Assembly (NCBI GenBank): GCA_038231435.1
Contig: JBBRLJ010000022.1
Location: 30,575-94,574 of the forward strand
Direction: 5' to 3'
DNA length: 64,000 nt
DNA from: Planctomycetota bacterium
Lineage (GTDB): Bacteria > Planctomycetota > UBA11346
Within the stretch, counting starts at the first letter, position 1; each line of letters opens with the position of its first letter. Below, piece after piece: positions 9,269 through 16,797 of the stretch. The notes under the pieces were generated by a model. It was not told the DNA's origin. It saw only the letters and a program-made list of their open reading frames with translations, and did not search any database. The position numbers and the translations under genes were made by a program.

Positions 9269-10915
9269 ATGGCTGAAGACTACCAGGATCAGAACGACGA
9301 ACTGCTCGACGAAGAGCAGATGGAGGGGGAAGAAGAAGAGGGCCGCAAGGCGTCCAATGGTTGGACCGGCTGGCTCATCAGCTTCTCGTTCCACGCCCTG
9401 CTGATCCTGCTGCTCAGCGGTGTCTACTGGCTGGTCAAGGAGCCCGACACCGACACCCCGCCCGTGCGCGTCGCGACCATCGAGCCTCCTCCGAAGAAGG
9501 AAGAGAAGCCGAAGCAGGATCGCCAGCTCGAGACCACCGTCGAGCTCGACGTGGCCGCGGAAGCGGACAAGCCGTCACCGATCACCGCCCTCGAGCTCCC
9601 GGTCGAGACCTCGGAGCGCGAGGAAGATTCCGACAATCCGAATCCCAAGGGCCGCGAGGAAGCGGTCGCCGACTCCGAAATGGGCGGCAGCGGCGCCTTC
9701 ATGGCGATCGGCGCGGGCGGCGGCTCGGCCGGCATGTTCGGCAGCCGTTCCGGCGGCGGCAAGAAGCGTGCCATCGGCAAGTTCGGCGGTAGCCGCGGCA
9801 GCGAGAGCGCCGTCGACGCCGCGCTGCGCTGGTTCAAGAAGCACCAGAGCGCGAACGGCATGTGGGACCACGCCAAGTACACCACCAACTGCACCGAGGA
9901 TCCGAAGTGCGAGCCCGGCAAGGACCGTGAAGGCAAAGTCGACGTCGCCATGACCGGCTACGCGATCCTCTGCTTCCTCGGCGCCGGCTACGACCACCAG
10001 ACCCCGAACAAGTACAAGGCCGTCGTCAAGAAGGGCCTCGACTACCTGGTGTCCATCCAGACCGCCGACGGCATGTACGGCGAGCGCAACTACGAGAACG
10101 CGGTAGCGACCATGGCGGTGGCCGAGGCCTTCGCGATGACCGGCGATCCCGCGCTCAAGGATCCCGCGCAGAAGGGCGTGAACGCCGTTCTCGCCCACCA
10201 GAACCAGGCCGGCGGCGCCGCTGGCGACAAGAAGGCTGAAGGCTACGGCAATGGTCTCGGCTGGGACTACGTCGGACCGGACAACCGCAACGACTCGTCG
10301 GTGACCGGCTGGAACGTCATGGCGCTCAAGAGCGCCCTGGCCGGACAGCTGAACGTCGGCAACGGCATGGAAGGCGCGAAGCGCTGGCTCGAGAAGACCT
10401 GGAAGGCCACCAATCCGGATTGGGCCAAGCTCGACGCCTACAAGGGCGAGTCGCGCTTCCCCTACACCTTCGATGGTGCTTCCGAGGCGGTCGACATCGC
10501 CGCGGCTCCCGCCGCGGGCGCGCCTTCGGCGGACGGCAAGGATCTGGCCTGCGTCGGCGCGGTGTGCTCGGTGTTCCTCGGCCATCACGCCGGCGACACC
10601 ATGCTCGAGACCCTCGCCAACTACGTCATGGCCCACGAGACGCCCGCCACCTACCCCTGCAACACCTACAAGATGTACTACAACACCTTGGCGGTCTTCC
10701 AGGTCGGCGGCGAGAAGTGGCAGAAGTGGAACAGCACGGTCCGCGACATGCTGGTGAACTCGCAACGCAAGGGCCAGGGCTGCTTCGACGGCAGCTGGGA
10801 CTTCGAGGGAACGCGCTTCCCCGGAGCCGAGGTCGGCCGCGTGCTCAGCACCGCATACTGCTGCCTCTGCCTCGAGGTGTACTACCGCTACGCCCAGGTG
10901 GGCGGCAAGAAGTAG
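9269..10915 (+). CDS. Membrane-anchored prenyltransferase/squalene-oxidase repeat (alpha/alpha toroid) protein
   Basis: TM GWLISFSFHALLILLL, Gly-rich linker, repeats ALRWFKKHQSANGMW and GLDYLVSIQTADG, ending LEVYYRY; AGGAG RBS. Confidence 0.85.
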   Translation: MAEDYQDQNDELLDEEQMEGEEEEGRKASNGWTGWLISFSFHALLILLLSGVYWLVKEPDTDTPPVRVATIEPPPKKEEKPKQDRQLETTVELDVAAEADKPSPITALELPVETSEREEDSDNPNPKGREEAVADSEMGGSGAFMAIGAGGGSAGMFGSRSGGGKKRAIGKFGGSRGSESAVDAALRWFKKHQSANGMWDHAKYTTNCTEDPKCEPGKDREGKVDVAMTGYAILCFLGAGYDHQTPNKYKAVVKKGLDYLVSIQTADGMYGERNYENAVATMAVAEAFAMTGDPALKDPAQKGVNAVLAHQNQAGGAAGDKKAEGYGNGLGWDYVGPDNRNDSSVTGWNVMALKSALAGQLNVGNGMEGAKRWLEKTWKATNPDWAKLDAYKGESRFPYTFDGASEAVDIAAAPAAGAPSADGKDLACVGAVCSVFLGHHAGDTMLETLANYVMAHETPATYPCNTYKMYYNTLAVFQVGGEKWQKWNSTVRDMLVNSQRKGQGCFDGSWDFEGTRFPGAEVGRVLSTAYCCLCLEVYYRYAQVGGKK

Positions 10916-10936
10916 CATCCCGATCATCGGATTCGT

Positions 10937-10973
10937 ACCGAACCCCCGCGGAAACGCGGGGGTTCGGTTTTTT
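10937..10973 (+). terminator. Rho-independent terminator
   Basis: 14-bp stem ACCGAACCCCCGCG-GAAA-CGCGGGGGTTCGGT followed by a T run. Confidence 0.9.
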
Positions 10974-11116
10974 ATGGACCTGCTCCTTCGGCCCGCGCCT
11001 CCCGGTGCCAGTCGATCCAGAAGGCGGGTCGCGCGGTGCGCATCATCTGCCTTGTCGGAACCGTTCGCGGCCTACCCTGTGGCTCCGCCCGATCCGGGGT
11101 GCGCAAGGAGTCTGCC

Positions 11117-13696
11117 GTGGGTTTTCTGGGTTTTGGCCGGCCGAAGTGGAAGCATGCGGATGCCGAGGTGCGGCTGCGCGCCGTCGCCGATCTCGAAGGC
11201 CAGCAAGGCGTGCTGCGCGATCTGGCGCTCGGCGATGCCGACGCGCGCGTGCGCGCCGCCGCCGCGAGCCGCGTCACCGACGCCACCGGCCTGCAGGAGA
11301 TGGCGGCGCGGGGCGATGACGCGGTCAAGCGCATCGCGCGCGAGCGCCTGTCCGGGGTCGCCGAGCGGCTGCTGCGCACAAAGCCGCTGAGTGCCTGTGG
11401 CGCCATCTTCGACAGCGTCAACGACCAGAAGTCGCTCGCCGATCTCAGCCTGAACGCCCAGGACGCCGCCGTGCGCGCCGCGGCCTTCGCCAAGATGATC
11501 GCCGCTCCCGAGCCGAGCCAGGCGCTGCTGACCACCATCGCGATCCAAGACGCGCGCGGCGAGATCGGCCTGAAAGCGGTCGAGCGCATCGAGCGCCGCG
11601 GCATGCTCCGCGACATCGCGCGCAAGGCCAAGCACCAGAGCGTGCGTGCGGCGGCGCAAGCGCGAGCCGAGCGCGTCGAAGCCGATGCCGGTAAGCCCTC
11701 GCCCGAGCAGTCGCGCAAGGCGCGCCTGCGCGCGCTCGAGCCGCTCATGCCCTTGGCCACCCGCCTGGTGGTGTCCTCGGATCTCGACAAGGCCGAATCC
11801 GAATGGACGTCGTTGGAGCGGCAGTGGCGCGAAGCGCTCGCGCTCGGCGGCGACGTTCCGCTCGAGGATGCGGCGAAGAGCCTGGACGAACGTTTCACGC
11901 GCATGCGCCGTGAGGCGGTGACGCGGCGCGAGGACGAACGCCAGCGCACGCAGGCGGGCATAAGAGCGCGCGAAGCCCTCCTCGCCGAGCTCGCCGCCAT
12001 GGCGCCGGTCGACTCCGCTGATGCGGTACGCGTGCGCACCGAGTTGCTCGCTCGCTGGTCGGCCCTCGGGCCGTTGGCGCGCGCGCACTACGCTCCGCTC
12101 GAAAGCCGCTTCCGCGCCGAGCTCGAACGCCTGTGTCCCGCGACCGGCGCCTTCTCGGCGGTACCCGCATCATCCGCATCCGGTGGCATGGCGGTGTCCA
12201 TGCCGGCCGCGCCGATCGCGGTCTCGCCCGAGCATGCCTCCGAGCTCGAGGCGATTGGCGCCGAGGCCGAGCGCCTCAGCACCGCCGATGATTTTCGCGA
12301 AACCATGCAGCACTACCACCAGCTGCACAAACGCTGGCTGAACCTCGCTGGCGGGTTGCCCGATTCTCATCCGCTGAAGGCGCGCTTCACCGCCGCCTAC
12401 GCCACATTCAAGGATCGCTGGCGCGCCGCGCGCGAGAGCCGCCAGGCGGCCTACGGCGAGCGCACCGCGCAGCTGCAGGCCCTGGTTGCCGAGGCCGAGG
12501 AGCTGGTGCCCCGCTCCGCGCAGCTCGCCGCCGACGACCAGGTGGGGTTGCGCGACATGGATCGCGCGATCCGCGATCTGCAGGCGCGCTGGAAATCAGT
12601 GGGCTCGGTCAAGCCCCAGCAGGCGCTGCCGCTGCGCACGCGTTTCCGCGCGGCGTGCGACGCCGCCTATGCTCCGGTCGCTGCCAGCCGCGAGGCAGAG
12701 GACTGGGTGCGCTTCGCCAATCTCGCCAAGGCCGAGCAGCTGATCGCGCAGGTTGGCGCGCTGGCGACGAGCGAGGACTTCGCGGCGATCGCCGGCACCG
12801 TCAAGCGCGCCCATCAGGCCTGGAAGGATTGCGGACCGTTGCCGCGCGAGCGCCAGCTGGACGCGTGGCAGCGCTTCAAGACCGCGTGCGACGCGCAGTT
12901 CGAGCGCTGCCGACCGTACTTCGCCGAGCTCGACGCCGCTCGCGTCGGCAACCTGGACAAGAAGCGTGCCCTGGTCGCCGAGGCCGAGGCGCTCTCATCG
13001 CACGGCCCGGTCGGACTCGCGGGCAGCCCGGCGGATCTCGCGGCGAAGCGCGCTGCAACTGAACGCTTCAAGGCGGTGCAGGAGGAATGGCGCGCGATCG
13101 GACCGGTCCCTCGCGAGCATGATCGCGAGATCTGGAAACGCTTCCGCGCCGCGTGCGACACCTTCTATCAGCATCGCCACACCGAGCGCGCCGCCGAGCG
13201 CGACGAGGAGCAGGCGAACCTGGTGGCCAAACAGGCGCTGTGCGCGCAGGTCGAGGAGTTCGCCGTCACCGCCGAGAGCGCCAAGGCGCAGAACCGCGGG
13301 CTGCTGACGCCCTCGGACGTGATGCGCCGGGCGAAGGATCTGCAGCAGCGCTGGAAGGCGATCGGGCACGTTCCCCGTGACCAGGTCGAGGCGCTGTGGA
13401 CGCGGTTCCGCGGCGGGATGGACCGTGTCTACGAGACCATCAGCGAGCACCGCGACGCCGAGAACGCCGAACGCATCGCCAATCTCGAGAAGAAGCGCGC
13501 GCTGATCAAGGAGGTCGAGGAGATCCTCGCCCACGAGAACCCGCGCTGGTTCAAGGACGAGGTCCGCGAACTGCAGAAGAAGTGGCGCGACATCGGCCAC
13601 ATCCCACGCGAGAACATGGACGAGGTCAACGACCGCTTCGCGACCCTGTGCCGCAAGGTCATGGCCTCGGAGCAGCAGGGCGCGGACAGCAAGTAG
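11117..13696 (+). CDS. DUF349 repeat protein with N-terminal HEAT-like repeats
   Basis: Repeated W..IGxVP...LW.RF..ACD.F motifs; PKWKHAD N-terminus; AAGGAG RBS before GTG. Confidence 0.85.
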   Translation: MGFLGFGRPKWKHADAEVRLRAVADLEGQQGVLRDLALGDADARVRAAAASRVTDATGLQEMAARGDDAVKRIARERLSGVAERLLRTKPLSACGAIFDSVNDQKSLADLSLNAQDAAVRAAAFAKMIAAPEPSQALLTTIAIQDARGEIGLKAVERIERRGMLRDIARKAKHQSVRAAAQARAERVEADAGKPSPEQSRKARLRALEPLMPLATRLVVSSDLDKAESEWTSLERQWREALALGGDVPLEDAAKSLDERFTRMRREAVTRREDERQRTQAGIRAREALLAELAAMAPVDSADAVRVRTELLARWSALGPLARAHYAPLESRFRAELERLCPATGAFSAVPASSASGGMAVSMPAAPIAVSPEHASELEAIGAEAERLSTADDFRETMQHYHQLHKRWLNLAGGLPDSHPLKARFTAAYATFKDRWRAARESRQAAYGERTAQLQALVAEAEELVPRSAQLAADDQVGLRDMDRAIRDLQARWKSVGSVKPQQALPLRTRFRAACDAAYAPVAASREAEDWVRFANLAKAEQLIAQVGALATSEDFAAIAGTVKRAHQAWKDCGPLPRERQLDAWQRFKTACDAQFERCRPYFAELDAARVGNLDKKRALVAEAEALSSHGPVGLAGSPADLAAKRAATERFKAVQEEWRAIGPVPREHDREIWKRFRAACDTFYQHRHTERAAERDEEQANLVAKQALCAQVEEFAVTAESAKAQNRGLLTPSDVMRRAKDLQQRWKAIGHVPRDQVEALWTRFRGGMDRVYETISEHRDAENAERIANLEKKRALIKEVEEILAHENPRWFKDEVRELQKKWRDIGHIPRENMDEVNDRFATLCRKVMASEQQGADSK

Positions 13697-13853
13697 ACAG
13701 ACGTCCGTCGTCGCGTCGTCCGTCATCGGACTGCGACAACAGGAATGACACCTTCCGGTTTACGGCATGGGCGGGAGCTTACGGCTCTCGACGGCTCGCG
13801 ACTGTCGTCGACGATGGACGTCGACGACGGACGACGGACGACGAGACGATGGA
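13697..13853. repeat. Inverted pair of degenerate heptamer arrays (CGTCGTC / GACGACG) between convergent genes
   Basis: gtccgtcgtcgcgtcgtccgtc ... gacgacggacgacggacgacgagacgatggac. Confidence 0.75.
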
Positions 13854-13854
13854 C

Positions 13855-14781
13855 CTATCTCTCCGTGAGCAGGGTCTCCGGCGTGAACCCGTATGCGATG
13901 CGCAGTGCGCCTTCCGACCCAGCGCCATTGCGCAGCAGATCCATGAGCGCCGACAGGTGGCTCTGGTGGTTCGGATGCAGGAGCGGCACGCACACCGCCA
14001 TCGCCAGGGCCTCGTCCGGCTCGGGCGCCGTCAGCAGCGCTGCGATCGCCGCGGCTCCCGCCGCCTGCCGCGCCTCTTGCATGCGCCGCGGGCTGACGAA
14101 GGCGTCTCCAGAGCGTGCCGCCGCATAGGCGCACAACCCCCGCTCGAACCAGGGAGGCCAGCCGGCCGTGGGCGGAGCAGTCAGGCGCAGCGCCAGGGCG
14201 CAGGTCGCCGAGGCGATCGCCGGGCGTGGGTTGCCGAGCCGCGCCGGGATGCGGATCATCGGCAGTGCCGGCCGGACCAGCAGGCGCTGGGTGGCGGGGA
14301 ATCCATCGAGCCCGGCGTCCCCTGACACCACCACCACCGGGCCGATCCAGCGCGGCCAAGGCCACGGTTGCAGCAGGGCCTGCACGTCAGCCACCGATCC
14401 CGAGGCGGCTTCTCCGATCCCGGTGGCGGCGTCGCCGACCACGAGCGCGGCGGCGCGGGTCGCGGGGAGCTGCAGGCGGGCGGACTCGCGCGCCACCCAC
14501 AGTGCGAGGGTGGTGTCGAGCAAGCGCGGCGCGCTCAACGGCAGCGTGAGGTGAGACAGCTCCGCCCATGCCGCGTCCTCCTGCCCGGCTCCGAGCGCCG
14601 CGGCGATGCGCGCGTCGATGGGCGCATCCTCGCGCCCGAGCAGCAGCTTGGCGCGCACGTCCGCGGGCAGGCAATCGAGCGGCACCACCACCGGCACCAC
14701 GGCTCCGGCGAAGATCGCCGCGTGCGCGTCGACTGCGGCGGGTCTCGCCGCCCATTCGCTGAATGCCAGGCCAGGGTCCAT
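13855..14781 (-). CDS. Hypothetical protein, possibly a degenerate gluzincin/peptidase-MA-like fold
   Basis: 308 aa; WPPWFERGL resembles PxWLxEGL but there is no HExxH. Confidence 0.55.
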   Translation of the reverse strand: MDPGLAFSEWAARPAAVDAHAAIFAGAVVPVVVPLDCLPADVRAKLLLGREDAPIDARIAAALGAGQEDAAWAELSHLTLPLSAPRLLDTTLALWVARESARLQLPATRAAALVVGDAATGIGEAASGSVADVQALLQPWPWPRWIGPVVVVSGDAGLDGFPATQRLLVRPALPMIRIPARLGNPRPAIASATCALALRLTAPPTAGWPPWFERGLCAYAAARSGDAFVSPRRMQEARQAAGAAAIAALLTAPEPDEALAMAVCVPLLHPNHQSHLSALMDLLRNGAGSEGALRIAYGFTPETLLTER

Positions 14782-14925
14782 GCTCCACAGTGTCGGCCCG
14801 CGCTGCGCCGTGAAACGGGGATGTCCTCGGACGCGATCGACCGCAAACGACCGCGATGGGCGATGCGCCTGCGTTCGCCGCTGGTTTTACCGATGGCGTG
14901 GGCATAGTGCTGGGCGGGAGAGGGG

Positions 14926-15660
14926 ATGGCCATGTTCCGTCGACGCACCGACCAGGTCTACGCCACCCTCCAGCAGGTGCAGCGCCGCATCACCGAGCAA
15001 TCGGGCTCCGGTCAGCCCACGCTCGAACCCAAGCAGCCGCAGGCGGGGATGTTCTCGCCGCTGCACGACGCGCTCCCGCGCGTGCAGCAGAAGCCTCTTG
15101 TCGGCATGCAGGCCGAGGCCCCGCCGCCCCCGCCACAGGTATTCGTGCAGCCACAGCGCCGCTTCGTTCTGCCGCTGTCCGGGCAGCTGGCGGTGACCCT
15201 GATCGTCTTGTGGATCGCCTCGTGCGCGCTCTGCTTCGTGCTCGGCCAGCACGAGCGCGACCGCCGCGGTCCCTCGTCCGATGCCGGCTTCGCGGCGGGC
15301 GACTCGGGCAATCGTGACGTCCCCCCGCAGGTGGAAGCCACCGCGCCGACCAAGCCGCTCGGGGGGGATCTGCTCATCCTGACCCAGGTGCCGACCACCA
15401 CGCCCGAGATGGAGCAGTTCTACCGCACGCGTGCCGCGCAGCTCAACAAGATCATGATCGACAACGCGCAGCGCGGTTGGAAGCCGTGGTTTGGCGTGCG
15501 TCGTCCGACCAGCGGCGGACTCCAGCTCGTCTACGGTGAAGTGGCCGACGGCCAGTTCGGCATCGTGCGCAAGGATTTCGACGACTTCGCGCGCATGATG
15601 GCGCAGCCGCCGCCCAAGGGTGGGGGGTATGCGAGCGCGACGTGGGTCAAAACCAATTAG
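14926..15660 (+). CDS. Bitopic membrane protein, possible SPOR-like C-terminus
   Basis: RBS GGAGAGG; single TM LAVTLIVLWIASCALCFVLG; alternating beta/alpha C-terminal domain. Confidence 0.7.
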   Translation: MAMFRRRTDQVYATLQQVQRRITEQSGSGQPTLEPKQPQAGMFSPLHDALPRVQQKPLVGMQAEAPPPPPQVFVQPQRRFVLPLSGQLAVTLIVLWIASCALCFVLGQHERDRRGPSSDAGFAAGDSGNRDVPPQVEATAPTKPLGGDLLILTQVPTTTPEMEQFYRTRAAQLNKIMIDNAQRGWKPWFGVRRPTSGGLQLVYGEVADGQFGIVRKDFDDFARMMAQPPPKGGGYASATWVKTN

Positions 15661-15665
15661 CTTTT

Positions 15666-15787
15666 GTTGGGGGACTACTTCCTTCGGACGGCAGATGCCC
15701 CGAAGGGCATCTGAGATCGCTTCGCGATCCCTCCAACCTCGGCCTGCCCCTACCGACCGGGGCCTTACGCGGGCCTGCCCCCCAGGA
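15666..15787. repeat. Palindromic REP-like intergenic element
   Basis: Nested hairpins (cagatgccc-cgaa-gggcatctg; gatcgc-ttc-gcgatc); shares gttgggggact and ggcctgccccc with 52229-52276. Confidence 0.55.
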
Positions 15788-15847
15788 AGAAACGGGCAGG
15801 TGGGGATGGCGGGGCAGACATCCATCGATCGAAAATATACCTAGTTC

Positions 15848-16537
15848 ATGAGCACCTCGTCTGTCGTTCCTGGGTTCGTGTCCGAGCGCTTTCCGCGGCA
15901 TGCGGGGCTGTGGGCCCGGGTCGAGCCGCGGCTGCCGGCGGGGGAGTTGGCGCACGATCGGCAGCACATGGAGCGGGTGTACCGCTGGTCGCTGAGGCTT
16001 GCGCCCGAGGCTGGCGCGGATCCGGATCTGGCCGGGGCGACGTCATTGGTGCACGATTTGGCGTTCGTGCCCAAGGACAGCGCGGATCGCGCGCTCGGGG
16101 GCGAGCGCTCGGCGGCGCTAGCAGGGGCTGAGCTTGCGGCGTGCGGATACGCGCCGGCCGAGGTCGCATCGATATCCGCGGCGGTGCGCACCTCGTCGTG
16201 GTCGCGCGGGCTCGAACCGGCGAACGAGCTCGGGGTGGTGCTGCAGGATGCCGACCGTCTGGATGCCATCGGCGCTGTCGGGCTGATGCGCAACCTGGCG
16301 TGCGCGCAGTGGATGTCGCGGCCAGAGCGACCGGGCACGCTCTACCATCCCCAGGATCCCTTCGCCCGTGGCGGGCGGCAGCTAGACGATCGCACCCACG
16401 CGCTCGACCACTGCTACGCCAAGCTGCTGAAGCTCGCGGCGGGGATGCGCCTGCCCACGGCGCGCGCCGAAGGTGCTCGACGCCACGAGGCGCTGTTGGC
16501 GTTCATCCACGAGCTCGAGCTGGAACTCGGTCCATGA
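15848..16537 (+). CDS. HD-domain metal-dependent phosphohydrolase
   Basis: AHDRQH, LVHD, LQDADRLDAIGA, DHCYAKLLKL. Confidence 0.9.
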   Translation: MSTSSVVPGFVSERFPRHAGLWARVEPRLPAGELAHDRQHMERVYRWSLRLAPEAGADPDLAGATSLVHDLAFVPKDSADRALGGERSAALAGAELAACGYAPAEVASISAAVRTSSWSRGLEPANELGVVLQDADRLDAIGAVGLMRNLACAQWMSRPERPGTLYHPQDPFARGGRQLDDRTHALDHCYAKLLKLAAGMRLPTARAEGARRHEALLAFIHELELELGP

Positions 16538-16589
16538 GATCGGCCGAGGGGGGACACGAGGATTCCGCATCTATTCCGGCCGCTCCGGC

Positions 16590-16617
16590 TTGACCGTTGC
16601 GTCGCTCGGCTCATAGT
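16590..16617 (+). promoter_or_regulatory. Putative promoter TTGACC-N16-CATAGT for the leuS leader
   Basis: Same hexamers and spacing as the promoter upstream of tRNA-Ser (62355-62382, minus strand). Confidence 0.65.
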
Positions 16618-16626
16618 TTCGGCGCC

Positions 16627-16686
16627 ATGCGCAGCTGCACCATTGGTCTGGTCGGGCTTCGACTTATCCGGGGGTTCTCGGCGTAA
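16627..16686 (+). CDS. Putative leuS leader peptide MRSCTIGLVGLRLIRGFSA
   Basis: 19-aa ORF starting 9 nt after the -10 box; Leu codons CTG, CTT, CTT; stop codon in the loop of a hairpin. Confidence 0.55.
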   Translation: MRSCTIGLVGLRLIRGFSA

Positions 16687-16797
16687 GCCGGGGGACCCCA
16701 TCGGCACCGCGCCGTCGCATCGACAGGCGCCTCATCCCAAGAACTCCGAACAACCCCAGTCGCCAGGATGGCTCGCCCATCTGGCGCAGGACAGGCC

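Noticed and set aside
9269..10915. Squalene-hopene or oxidosqualene cyclase
   Set aside because: No DxDD/DCTAE catalytic motif; architecture matches the membrane-anchored single-toroid repeat proteins.
13697..13853. CRISPR-like repeats
   Set aside because: Units are 7 bp without unique spacers, and there are no cas genes.
16621..16731. Independent ncRNA (6S, tmRNA, SRP, tRNA-Sec) or T-box
   Set aside because: Too short or lacking the diagnostic motifs; a leader-peptide reading fits better, though an Rfam scan is still needed.
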